DNA from: Candidatus Xenobia bacterium
GTDB lineage: Bacteria > Vulcanimicrobiota > Xenobia > Xenobiales > QWHO01
Direction: 5' to 3'
NCBI GenBank assembly: GCA_045863235.1
Contig: BTUM01000017.1
Location: 52,224 to 116,223 of the forward strand
DNA: 64,000 bases
Shown here: piece by piece, positions 37,089-46,047 of the stretch
Layout of the letters: each line of letters starts with the position of its first letter
How positions within the stretch are numbered: position 1 is the first letter of the stretch
Notes under the pieces: generated by a model
What the model was told of the DNA's origin: nothing
Seen by the model: only the letters and a program-made list of their open reading frames with translations
Databases searched by the model: none
Translations under genes and position numbers: made by a program

Positions 37089-37874
37089 TCAGTGAGAGGA
37101 GCCGGGCACGCAGGCCACGCTCATGGGAGCGCGCTGCAGCACGGCCATGGAGACCGAGCCTTTCCAGAGCCGCTCCAACCCGGAGCGAAGATGGGTGCCC
37201 ATCACGAGCAGGTCGACCTGTTCGCGCTCGGCCACGGTAATCAGGTGCTCCTCCACGGGCCACTGGGCCACCTCCACCTGGCATTGCGCCCGGGGCAGGC
37301 CCGTATAAGCCTGCAGCCGACCTGTCTCCTCCTCAAGCCACTGCTCGTCCAGGTTGGCTCCGCCCGAGACCTGCACGGCAAATTTCTCGATCGGACCCAC
37401 CCTCTCGAGCGACCCCAGCCACTTGAGCGCGCCGAGCACCGAACCGTCCAGGCTGACGGCCAGCATCACCTTCAAGGGGCGCTCTCCCTTCAGCCAGGAA
37501 GCCAATCTATCGGGCTGTCGCACCACCAGGCTGGGCACCGGACAGCTGCGCACCACTCGCTCGGCGGTGCTTCCCAGAAGCCAGTCGGACAGGCTGCGCC
37601 GGCCCAGTGAGCCCACCACCAGCAGTTGGGCGTTCAAGGCTCGGGCTCGCTCGACCAGGACCTCGTCGGGATGGCCAGCCAGCACCTCGGCCTGCACCTC
37701 GTCGCCCAGCTCGGCCGCGGCGGACTGCAACCGGGCACGGCTGGCGTCGGGCTCGTCGGCCACATGCACGAGGTGAAGTTGAGCGCCCAGCTTCTTGGCC
37801 AGGCTCAGGGTCAGGCGCGCGGTTTCCTGCGCCAGGGGGGAAAAGTCAGTTCCACACAGTACAACCTCAGACAC
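37089..37874 (-). CDS. Tandem universal stress protein
   Basis: LCGTDFS, LLVVGSLG...LLGSTAERVVR...P.LVV; second domain DLLVMG......GSVS..VL; AAGGAG RBS. Confidence 0.92.
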   Translation of the reverse strand: MSEVVLCGTDFSPLAQETARLTLSLAKKLGAQLHLVHVADEPDASRARLQSAAAELGDEVQAEVLAGHPDEVLVERARALNAQLLVVGSLGRRSLSDWLLGSTAERVVRSCPVPSLVVRQPDRLASWLKGERPLKVMLAVSLDGSVLGALKWLGSLERVGPIEKFAVQVSGGANLDEQWLEEETGRLQAYTGLPRAQCQVEVAQWPVEEHLITVAEREQVDLLVMGTHLRSGLERLWKGSVSMAVLQRAPMSVACVPGSSH

Positions 37875-38029
37875 GGATGAAAGTTCTCCTTCTCAATTGG
37901 GTGAAAGTGGGCGAGCAACGCGCAAAACTCTTCTTAGGATCGCGGAGCGCAACTGCGCTCTGGCCTAGAACGTCGTTCCGGCGCGCTTCGCCCGATCGGG
38001 TGAATGTGCAAGACCAGAGGGCGAGCACA

Positions 38030-38323
38030 TCAAGCGCTGTAAAGAAGACGAGAAGGTGGGCCGCGTCGGGCGATCGGCAGAGCGCGAATACGACTGCGCC
38101 GGCAGTCGGGTCGATCCAGGGGACGCCAGGCCGCGGTCGAGCTCAACAACCCCTGCAACGGGGCCACAGGGCGGCAGTTGCGCGAGCGGCCGGTCCGGCT
38201 CACCAGGGCAAACTCTTGCCAGGTGGCTTCGGGGCTGAGCAGCTCCTCGATCAGTCCTGCCGGCTGGCCGCCGACCAGCAAGCCCGCCAGCACGCAAACG
38301 ACAATCAGGGGGCGCAGCGACAT
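38030..38323 (-). CDS. Small membrane-anchored ORF with near C-terminal RGPP motif
   Basis: Hydrophobic N-terminus PLIVVCVLAGLLVGG; ends ...LPIARRGPPSRLLYSA. Confidence 0.5.
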   Translation of the reverse strand: MSLRPLIVVCVLAGLLVGGQPAGLIEELLSPEATWQEFALVSRTGRSRNCRPVAPLQGLLSSTAAWRPLDRPDCRRSRIRALPIARRGPPSRLLYSA

Positions 38324-38398
38324 ACCGCCAGAGGTTAGCAGATAGCCTCCCCTCTGGCAACCCTGGCAGACGCGGAGTCGTCAATGCCAGGCTGAAGT

Positions 38399-40249
38399 TC
38401 AGCGCATCGGAAATGCGACCGCAGCAGTCGCGGCTCCTCCATGGCCATCGTGGATGACGACCCGAAGCTGATAGACATTACCAGCGGCCGCCCCGGCGGG
38501 GGCTCGAAAGGTTATCGTATTGAGGTTGCCGCTGGTCGTTCCGGTGCCCAGGTAGGAGCTGGTGACCGCGCCATAGTTATAGGGATCCTTCTGAGGGGCG
38601 TTGATGTTGTCGACCGTGCCCCCGATCAGATACCACTCAAAGGTCAGCGGGTCGTCGTCGGTGGCACTGACGCGGGCCGTCAACTGCGCTCCGGGGGCCA
38701 CCTTGGGGGGGTTAGGTCGGGTCAGCGAGGCCTTGAAATCGCAGGCGATACCCTGTGGGTCCCCGTCCGTGATCACGATCTTGGGGCAGGGATTGGTGCT
38801 GAGCTTGCCGCCATAGACATCAGCCACGGCATCGGCGCACTCCAGACGGTCGAAATTTGCCCCCCCCGTCCAGGGTGGATTGACGAACGTCTTGAATTGG
38901 CCCCGGTAAACGTGGGTCATCTTCCAGAAGGCCGGCAGACGCGAATTGTGTGGCGGGCCCCAGTTCAGGACCAGGCCTCCCACCGAGCCTGCCTTCTTAG
39001 CCGCCTCACTGGCCACGTAAAGGGTGTAGCTGCGGCGATAGTTCAATGCGTTCTGAGTCGAGTTCAACTCCAGCCAGTAGTTCTGCCCATTGAGGTTGAC
39101 GTGCGGCATGTCGTCAGCAGGAAGGTCGTAGCTGTAATACTCGGTGATGGCCCAGGGCTTGCTCCACCCCCCCTGGACCAGATTCTGGGTCTGCTGGTTG
39201 AGGAATCCGCCTCCGGAGTGGTTGGCGTCGTACTGACCGTAGAAGTTGTTGATCGCCAGCCAGTCCAGGGCTGGCAGCTGGGTTTTGAGCGTGCTGACGA
39301 AGCTTGCCGAGACCGTGGGCACGGCAGTGGCCATGGGTCGAGCCAGCTTGCTGACGGTGGTGCCGGTCTTCACGGCAGTGATCACGCTGTTGAGCTGAGG
39401 AAACTGGCCCGGGGGAATCTCGTTGCCGATCACCCAGGCGCCCAGATAGTCGAAGTTGGGATCTTTCTGCACCAGTTGAACGGTCTGCGGGATCAGCGTG
39501 CCCATGTTCCCCTGAGCCGGGTCAAAGACCAGACCGGCCAACAGGATGACCTTCTTGTTCGGGGTGGAAGCCTGCTTGCACAGGGCCAGCAGGGCGGAGA
39601 TCAACTGGGCTTGCTGGGTCGGGTTCTTGAAGTTCCACCCCACGCCGTAGCTACGAATGCAGTTGCCTCCTGCGCTCTTGATTTGCGGACTCACATAGCT
39701 GAACCAGTTGCCCTGGTTGGAATCAGCCTCAACCGTGTAGTCGAAGCCCATCCCTCGCAGATCCACCGGCAACCCGTCCAGCAACAGATGGTAGTCGACC
39801 GCTCCCTCGCTTCGGTTGACACCCACCTCGTGGCGCACGAAAACCACCGGCTGCAGAGGAGAATTCGGAATGCTCCACAGATGCTCGAGCTCGGTGACGG
39901 GCAGCTCGAGAGTGACCACCTGGCCCGATTCCTCCACGAAGCCCAGTTGGACGAAGGCGGTGGCTAGCGGCAGACTGAAAGAATGCGTGGGCTGAGGAAA
40001 GAGGCTCCAGGTCGGCTGAAGGGGGGTTCGATCGGCCCCCAGAGGGGTCACCTGCAACTGGCGGACGCTGGAGGGGAGGCCACTGGTTGGACCGGCCTCA
40101 AACTCGTGATCCAACTCCAGCACGACGCTCCGCTGAGGCCCCGGGTCAGCGACTGGAAGCGGCTCCGCTGCGGGCAGAGCGGATTCTAGCTCTGAGCCGC
40201 ATCCCAGCATGAAGAGCATGAACAAGACCGGAATAACGGATGATTTCAC
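38399..40249 (-). CDS. Lipoprotein with GH2-like (clan GH-A) TIM barrel and C-terminal Ig/PKD-like domain
   Basis: Lipobox LG-C; GGNCIRSYG, WVIGNE (acid/base), KPWAITEY (nucleophile); Y.LRV..HDGHGGAATA. Confidence 0.75.
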   Translation of the reverse strand: MKSSVIPVLFMLFMLGCGSELESALPAAEPLPVADPGPQRSVVLELDHEFEAGPTSGLPSSVRQLQVTPLGADRTPLQPTWSLFPQPTHSFSLPLATAFVQLGFVEESGQVVTLELPVTELEHLWSIPNSPLQPVVFVRHEVGVNRSEGAVDYHLLLDGLPVDLRGMGFDYTVEADSNQGNWFSYVSPQIKSAGGNCIRSYGVGWNFKNPTQQAQLISALLALCKQASTPNKKVILLAGLVFDPAQGNMGTLIPQTVQLVQKDPNFDYLGAWVIGNEIPPGQFPQLNSVITAVKTGTTVSKLARPMATAVPTVSASFVSTLKTQLPALDWLAINNFYGQYDANHSGGGFLNQQTQNLVQGGWSKPWAITEYYSYDLPADDMPHVNLNGQNYWLELNSTQNALNYRRSYTLYVASEAAKKAGSVGGLVLNWGPPHNSRLPAFWKMTHVYRGQFKTFVNPPWTGGANFDRLECADAVADVYGGKLSTNPCPKIVITDGDPQGIACDFKASLTRPNPPKVAPGAQLTARVSATDDDPLTFEWYLIGGTVDNINAPQKDPYNYGAVTSSYLGTGTTSGNLNTITFRAPAGAAAGNVYQLRVVIHDGHGGAATAAVAFPMR

Positions 40250-40356
40250 AACATCCTCCTATCGCATCGACCACCTGGGGCTTGATCGTGAGACCGGATT
40301 CGAGGCCGGCCATGTTCCCTGAAGGATTTTCCAGTCGGCATGGAATAGTTCTCCCC

Positions 40357-41328
40357 GTGAAAAACTGCCTTCTCTCTTCGCTCCTGTGCGCCTGCCTCAG
40401 CCTGGGCGCCACCGCCCAAAGCGAAGCCGGCCAGCCTCCGGCCTCGCTCGAGAGCTCGGCCGAAACTTCGGCCGCCGTGCTGGCCTCGCTCGAGCTGCAG
40501 CCCGCCACCTCCGGCCCGCAGAGTGTCCCTCCGGACGCAGTCCCTGGCGACACGCTCCCCCCGACCGATCTGGCCCAGGCCGAGGAGAATCCCCCGGCCG
40601 TGCCAGCTCCGGCCCCGGAGCAGGCCTCGCTCGAGCCCATCGGCGGCGACTTCTTCCTCAAGTTCTATACCGGTTTTGCGGGCACCCAGAATTCAGACCT
40701 GCAGCTTTCCCAGCCCGCCGCCGGCAACGAGCTGCTGTTCAACAACGTGAGCTGGATCGACGCCTCCTGGGGCCAGCCGAATGCCCCTTACTACGGCATT
40801 CGGCTGGGCTACTTCCTGGAGGACTTGCCATGGCTGGGAGTCATGGTCGACTTCCTCCACTTCAAGGCCATCGCTGAGACCGGCAAGGTGGTCAACGTCA
40901 GTGGGACGCGCCTGGGTGCCCCCATCAACGCTGCCATTCCGATGAGCTCCATCGTATCTCAGTATCAGATGACCAATGGGATCAACTTCCTGACCTTCAA
41001 TGCCCTGGCTCGCTGGCAGCTGGACGTAAGCGAGGAGTTCCCGCACGGACGCTTTCAGCCGTACGCCGGGGCCGGACTGGGGCCCACCTTCCATCAGCCC
41101 GAGATCGTCATCGACGGCATCTCCAGCACCTTCAACGAATACCAGTGGGGGGAGCTGGGCGTGCAAGCCCTGGTGGGCGTGAGCTACTACATCATTCCCG
41201 AGCTAGACCTGTTCACCGAGTATCGCTTCACCCACACCCAGACCAACCTGGACACCCCGCTGGGGGGCAAGGGCATGACGCCCATCGACACCCACCACAT
41301 CGTGTTCGGGACCGGAGTCCACTTCTAA
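40357..41328 (+). CDS. Outer-membrane beta-barrel, LpxQ (lipid A oxidase)-like
   Basis: Signal peptide; PYYG.R.GY, DF.H.K, TNG.N.LT.N, PY.GAG.G, LF.EY.FT; C-terminal Phe. Confidence 0.7.
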   Translation: MKNCLLSSLLCACLSLGATAQSEAGQPPASLESSAETSAAVLASLELQPATSGPQSVPPDAVPGDTLPPTDLAQAEENPPAVPAPAPEQASLEPIGGDFFLKFYTGFAGTQNSDLQLSQPAAGNELLFNNVSWIDASWGQPNAPYYGIRLGYFLEDLPWLGVMVDFLHFKAIAETGKVVNVSGTRLGAPINAAIPMSSIVSQYQMTNGINFLTFNALARWQLDVSEEFPHGRFQPYAGAGLGPTFHQPEIVIDGISSTFNEYQWGELGVQALVGVSYYIIPELDLFTEYRFTHTQTNLDTPLGGKGMTPIDTHHIVFGTGVHF

Positions 41329-41344
41329 CCCTCGGGCGGTTTTG

Positions 41345-41496
41345 CACTTTACTGGAACGTAGTTCCGGCCCGTTCGAGCAAGTTAGCCTGGCAGAGTGAT
41401 GCAAAGTCCTCGAAGAGGGCTCTTGCATCATCCTGCGCTCAACGTTTGTCAAGCAAGCTGATGCCCTACACAACTGGTTTTGCATCAGCCTGCTAG
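41345..41496. repeat. Repeat family A composite copy
   Basis: Contains CTGGAACGTAGTTCCGGC, GATGCAAAGTCCTCGAAGAGGG (identical to 5477-5498) and TTTGCATCAGCCTGCTAG (reverse of 62981-62998). Confidence 0.85.
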
Positions 41497-43167
41497 ATTG
41501 GATTCTCCGCACTCGGGACAGTGCAACCGCACGGCTTTGAGGTCGATGAGATGGGCTGGCACCAGGAGACTGGCGTGGCAACCATCGCACACGAGCAGCC
41601 TGGCCATCCGCTGGCCACAGGCGGGACAGAAGCTCCCCCCCGACGAGGCGGATCCGCAGGCCAGGCAGCATTTCCCCTGGCCCTGGGGCCGGGGCGGGCG
41701 ATTGGCTCGCAGCTCCTCCAGCCGGGCCAGGGCCAGCCGCAACTCCTCACTCATCAGCGTCAGGCTCTCCTGACGGTGCCCCAGGTTGTCGCGCTCGGTC
41801 TGAAGAACCCATCTCTCGCGCGAGTCGCAAGCCCGGGGGGCACTCAACTCGCCGGCCAGCTTTTTGGCCAGCTCTTGAACCACCTGACGAGCCGGGCGCA
41901 GCGGTCGAGGGTCGCGCTGGCTCAAGGCCAGCGCCACCTTGTCCAGCAGCTGGCGGGAAAGGCCCAGACTGGCCAACAAGCGTTCTCGCTGCTCGCACAC
42001 CGACAGGGCCAGTCGGGCCGTGGCTTCCGTCTGGCTGCGCAACCAGCCCTGATAGGTGGTGGTCAAGAAGGTCACCGCGGCCACTCCCGATGCCAGGTAG
42101 AGGTAGTCGCGCCAGGCTCCCCCGTAGACACCGTTGACCACCAGCAGCAGGGTGAACAGGCCCAGCGGGAGGGCCAGGCGCAGGGCAAAATCCCGATCCA
42201 CCACGTGAGCCACGTGCAGAGCCAGAGGCGGAGCCCAGCAGACCAGCGCCACCCAGAAAGCCACCTGGGTCGAGACATCCTGGTGAAAACCAAGCACCGC
42301 AAAGATGACGAAGAAGGTCGAGTAGGACAGAGCCAGCAAGAAGAACCCGCCCAGCCGAAAGTGAGCCAGCGCACCGGGACGGTACAGCTCGCCAAGATAC
42401 CAGAGGCCCAACCCGAACAACAAGACGGCCAGGCCGGTCAGGCGAAACAGGGTGCCCACCCGGCTCAGAGGGCTGGGCGAGGGAGTGAGCTCGAGCGCGA
42501 TGGGCAGACGCGAAACCAGGTTCTCGAGCCGATAGACCAGTCGGTCTGACTCGAGCAAGGTCGGTCGGAGCGACCAGGCTGCCACCCGAAGCTGGCTCAG
42601 GTCGGGGCTCTTCACGGTCACCTGGAGGCTGCGCAGCTGGGCCGCCAGGGGTAGCTGATAAATCAGGCAATCGCTGCCCGAGGCGGCGTAGCTGAACTCG
42701 ACCCGCTGCAAACCAGCGGGCAGTTTGCCCACCCAGACCGCCTCGGAGGGGGTATAGGTGGCCCCTTCGGGCTCCAGGCTCTGCCCGTCCACCACGAAGC
42801 GCAGGCTGGCCTCTCTCAGCTCGCTGGCCTGGCGCGGAAAGGGCAACTCCAGCCGGGTCAGCTGGCCGGCGGGGACCTCCAGCTCATAGCTGCCCTGATG
42901 GGTCAGATCGTAGCGGCGAACGGTGTCCAGACCGACCTGCTCGAGGTGAGTAGACAGATCCAGCTCGACCCGACCCTCCCGTAGAACCGGCAGGATCCCT
43001 CCGGGCCGAGCCGGAGCAGACTCTTGTAAGGTGGCCTCAGGCCGGGCTTTTGCCCGCGTCTTTTCGCGAGCGCGCAAGAAGTTGGGGATCAAGATCGCGC
43101 AGAGAACGGCGAAGAAGGCCACCACGAGCATCAGCTCGATCAGAGTGAAGGCGGATCGCTTGTGCAT
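41485..43167 (-). CDS. Prepilin-leader protein fused to CreD-like membrane domain and double zinc ribbon
   Basis: MHKRSA|FTLIELML...IPNFLRAR; beta-rich domain; ~6 TMs; coiled coil; four CxxC pairs. Confidence 0.75.
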   Translation of the reverse strand: MHKRSAFTLIELMLVVAFFAVLCAILIPNFLRAREKTRAKARPEATLQESAPARPGGILPVLREGRVELDLSTHLEQVGLDTVRRYDLTHQGSYELEVPAGQLTRLELPFPRQASELREASLRFVVDGQSLEPEGATYTPSEAVWVGKLPAGLQRVEFSYAASGSDCLIYQLPLAAQLRSLQVTVKSPDLSQLRVAAWSLRPTLLESDRLVYRLENLVSRLPIALELTPSPSPLSRVGTLFRLTGLAVLLFGLGLWYLGELYRPGALAHFRLGGFFLLALSYSTFFVIFAVLGFHQDVSTQVAFWVALVCWAPPLALHVAHVVDRDFALRLALPLGLFTLLLVVNGVYGGAWRDYLYLASGVAAVTFLTTTYQGWLRSQTEATARLALSVCEQRERLLASLGLSRQLLDKVALALSQRDPRPLRPARQVVQELAKKLAGELSAPRACDSRERWVLQTERDNLGHRQESLTLMSEELRLALARLEELRANRPPRPQGQGKCCLACGSASSGGSFCPACGQRMARLLVCDGCHASLLVPAHLIDLKAVRLHCPECGESNLAG

Positions 43168-43198
43168 GACCTGGATACGCCCCGACCCCGGGAAAGGT

Positions 43199-44869
43199 TC
43201 AGAAGGATCCGTTGAGGCGAAAGAAAGGCTGGGTGCGCGAGTAACCGGCGGCGGGGGCGGAGCGGTCCTCATAGGAGACGCCCACCCAGGCCCAGATGTC
43301 CTCTCCGAAGCGATGGCTGTATTGAGCCGTCAGGGTGGTGTAGGTCTCGCTCACGGCCCGGTCCGGATAGTCGTCGGTGCCCACCCAGGCCGACAGGTCG
43401 ATCTGGTCGCGGTGGGTCAAGGCTACCCGGCCTTCCACCCCACCCTGGAGGAAGTTGCGGTCGAACTGGTTGCTGGCGCTGGAGCGTCCGCCCTGGAGAT
43501 GCACCTGAAAGCCGGGGTCACGCTGGCCGTCGAGGGTCCCTCCAGATAGGGCAAAGCCGAAGGTATCCCCCGAGAGGCCGGGGTCGGGCACGAAGGAGTC
43601 CCCCTGGTAGAACAGGTGGCCACCGACGTTCCAGTCCTCGGCCGGCATGGCCACGGCGTGGAGGTCGAGTCCGACGTGCTGCACATCCTGCAAGAATGCG
43701 TTGGAAAACTGCGGTGCGGTGGAGAAACTGAACAGCGGCGGGGTACCGGACTTACCCCAGGGCCCCAGTTCGAGAAAGCGCACCCGATCGCGATAGGCGG
43801 TGGCTCCCAGCAGGACCTCATCGGACACGCGCCCGTCAAGACGCAGCTCAATCTCATTGTGATCGAGGTTGTTGCCAGGCAGGTTGGCGTAGACCCGCCT
43901 GGCCGTGTCGTAGCGAACCTGCAGCAGCAGGTCGTCGTTGAGAGCGTATGAGGCTCGGGTGCGGGCCAGAAAGCGCCCCGCCCCGTAGGTGGGCGAGCCA
44001 CCGGGCTGGAGAGCGGGATTACTGTCGGCGATCTGATCGACTCCCATGTCGGTCTGCACCTCCAGGGGGCCGGACAAGAACGTACGCGGCTCGAGCCAGC
44101 CTCGTGAGCGCATGGACTCGAGCCCGGTCTGATGGCCCAGCATGGATCCGGAGATGATCTCGGCGAAGTCGTGCGTGTTGGAGCGACTCAGCAGCGTGAG
44201 CCCCATGAACGAGGCCACCGGGTAGGTCAGCCATTGCAGGTCATAGTACTCACCCAGCACGGTGGCCCAGGCCCAGACCGTGGCCGAGTGACCGGACGGG
44301 TAGTTGTTGAGGAAGCCTTCCAGGGTGGGGCCCACGTGGGGAGGAGCGGTGAGGGGCCGCTCGAGGCCGGTGATATGCTTGACGATGACCGTACGCGTTC
44401 CGGCCACCACAATGGCCTCCAGGGCCGCCTCGGCGACCTCGGAATCGCCAAAGAGGTAAGGGAAGGCCGAGATCAGCACTCCGGTCTTGAAGTCGCCGAA
44501 CGTGAACATGGCGTTGGAGGCTTCCTGCAGCCAGAGCAACCGGTCATTGGCCCACTCGTAGGTCTCTCGGCGGTACTCAAAGAAGGCCGACATCGACAGC
44601 CCCACGGCCAGCTTCTCCTCCTGGCTGAGCGCGTTCTGCACGCCCGTGAACCAGATCGGTCGCTCGAACAGGCTCTTGACCGGAGTGGGCTGGGTGCGAG
44701 GGGGAGCCGGCTCGGGCCGCTGCAACAGACGGCGCCAGGCCACCTGATCAGGGCTCTCCACGGGCCCCCGGTCGAGCGAGTCGGCCGTCTGGTACTGACG
44801 GTAGTTGGATGGGAAGGGAACCTGAGCCAGAGCCGGCAGCCCCATGGCCAGCCAGATGACCAGTATCAG
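43199..44869 (-). CDS. PAP2 phosphatase domain fused to C-terminal beta-barrel (start uncertain)
   Basis: KHITGLERP, YPSGH, SRSNTH motifs; amphipathic beta strands ending FRLNGSF. Start may be CTG 44869 overlapping the pilM stop, ATG 44845, or further upstream. Confidence 0.7.
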   Translation of the reverse strand: MILVIWLAMGLPALAQVPFPSNYRQYQTADSLDRGPVESPDQVAWRRLLQRPEPAPPRTQPTPVKSLFERPIWFTGVQNALSQEEKLAVGLSMSAFFEYRRETYEWANDRLLWLQEASNAMFTFGDFKTGVLISAFPYLFGDSEVAEAALEAIVVAGTRTVIVKHITGLERPLTAPPHVGPTLEGFLNNYPSGHSATVWAWATVLGEYYDLQWLTYPVASFMGLTLLSRSNTHDFAEIISGSMLGHQTGLESMRSRGWLEPRTFLSGPLEVQTDMGVDQIADSNPALQPGGSPTYGAGRFLARTRASYALNDDLLLQVRYDTARRVYANLPGNNLDHNEIELRLDGRVSDEVLLGATAYRDRVRFLELGPWGKSGTPPLFSFSTAPQFSNAFLQDVQHVGLDLHAVAMPAEDWNVGGHLFYQGDSFVPDPGLSGDTFGFALSGGTLDGQRDPGFQVHLQGGRSSASNQFDRNFLQGGVEGRVALTHRDQIDLSAWVGTDDYPDRAVSETYTTLTAQYSHRFGEDIWAWVGVSYEDRSAPAAGYSRTQPFFRLNGSF

Positions 44870-45951
44870 CGCAAGGCCAGCCCGATGACGGTCATGGCCG
44901 ACGGCGCCAGTTCGCGCAGCGACGCCCGCGTCAGGTTGGAGTTCTTTGGCATGGTCATATTCACGAACGGATCGGCGATCTCGCACGGGATCTGGAGCTC
45001 TTTCTTGAGATAGGCGTCCAGCTTCTTCAGCTGAGCAGTTCCCCCGCACAGTATCAACAAATCGACCGATTCTCCTTTATAGGTGGCGTGATAGTAGTCA
45101 AGCGAGCGCCGCAGGTCGGTCAGGAGACGGTCGAGCACGGGCTGAATTGCGTTGTAGACACTTTTGACCGCCGGTGCAACCGGCGTGGTATCGAGCAGGA
45201 CCTCGCCCTTGAGCTTCTTGAGCTTCTCGGCCTCATCGAAGGGGAGGTTCAGATTGTTGCCGATCGCCTGGGTGAGGCTTTGGCCGCCCATCGGAATGGT
45301 GCGATTATGGCACAAGACTCCCTCGCGCAAAATGTTGATGCTGCTCTGTGCCGCCCCCAGGTTGATGAGGGCCACCCGCCGTTGCAGCTTGTCCGGGGCG
45401 CACAGCTTGAGCGCCCGTCTCAACACCAGCGGCTCGAGGTCGATGGCCTCGGGCGTGCACTGGGCGACCTTGATGACCTCCTTGGCGCTGCTGATGATCT
45501 CATTGGGAGCAGCCACGAGCAGCGTCTCCATGCTCTTCTGGTCGATGTCGCGCAGCTTGATCCCGTAAACCTGGGCCTGGGAAACAGGATAGGCCAGGTA
45601 GCGCTCGGCCTCGAACCGGATGGCGCCCGCCAGCTCACGATCGGCAACCCGGTTCATGATGATGGGTCGGATGATGACCTGGCTGCCGGCCACCGCGGCC
45701 ACCAGGCGGGTCCCGGGCCCCAGCCGGGCGGCTTCCAGCAGCTCGGCGACAGCCATGCCCAGAGCGGTGGCGTCGATCACGGCACCATTCTTCATGGCCT
45801 CAGGAGGAGTGGGCAGGCCGCCCAGCGTCACCAGCTCGGTACCACTGCCCGTCGCCCGCACCTGCGCCACCTTCAGGTTGGCGCTGCCGATATCCAGGCC
45901 GGCTACAACCTGAGAGCGGGACCCTCCGAACATCTTTCCCAGGAAGTTCAT
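44866..45951 (-). CDS. pilM: Type IV pilus assembly protein PilM
   Basis: GLDIGS..LK, AIRFEAERY, LLVAA, .NLGA, GG..LT.AI, RSLDYY, LCGG.A.L, IGLALR. Confidence 0.92.
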   Translation of the reverse strand: MNFLGKMFGGSRSQVVAGLDIGSANLKVAQVRATGSGTELVTLGGLPTPPEAMKNGAVIDATALGMAVAELLEAARLGPGTRLVAAVAGSQVIIRPIIMNRVADRELAGAIRFEAERYLAYPVSQAQVYGIKLRDIDQKSMETLLVAAPNEIISSAKEVIKVAQCTPEAIDLEPLVLRRALKLCAPDKLQRRVALINLGAAQSSINILREGVLCHNRTIPMGGQSLTQAIGNNLNLPFDEAEKLKKLKGEVLLDTTPVAPAVKSVYNAIQPVLDRLLTDLRRSLDYYHATYKGESVDLLILCGGTAQLKKLDAYLKKELQIPCEIADPFVNMTMPKNSNLTRASLRELAPSAMTVIGLALR

Positions 45952-46047
45952 CCAAACAACCCCTCCAGAATGGGAGTTACGAGGAGGAAGAATCTTCACC
46001 TCTTCGACCCGACAGGCAGCCGGGAGAATGCACGGAATACCAGGGAA

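Noticed and set aside
44860..44880. Programmed frameshift or fusion between pilM and the PAP2-barrel gene
   Set aside because: PilM ends at its normal GLALR C-terminus and there is no slippery sequence; a coupled non-ATG start is simpler.
45088..46047. N-terminal 320 aa of the 711-aa ORF 45088-47223
   Set aside because: It is the antisense shadow of pilM; the radical SAM protein plausibly starts at ATG 46048.
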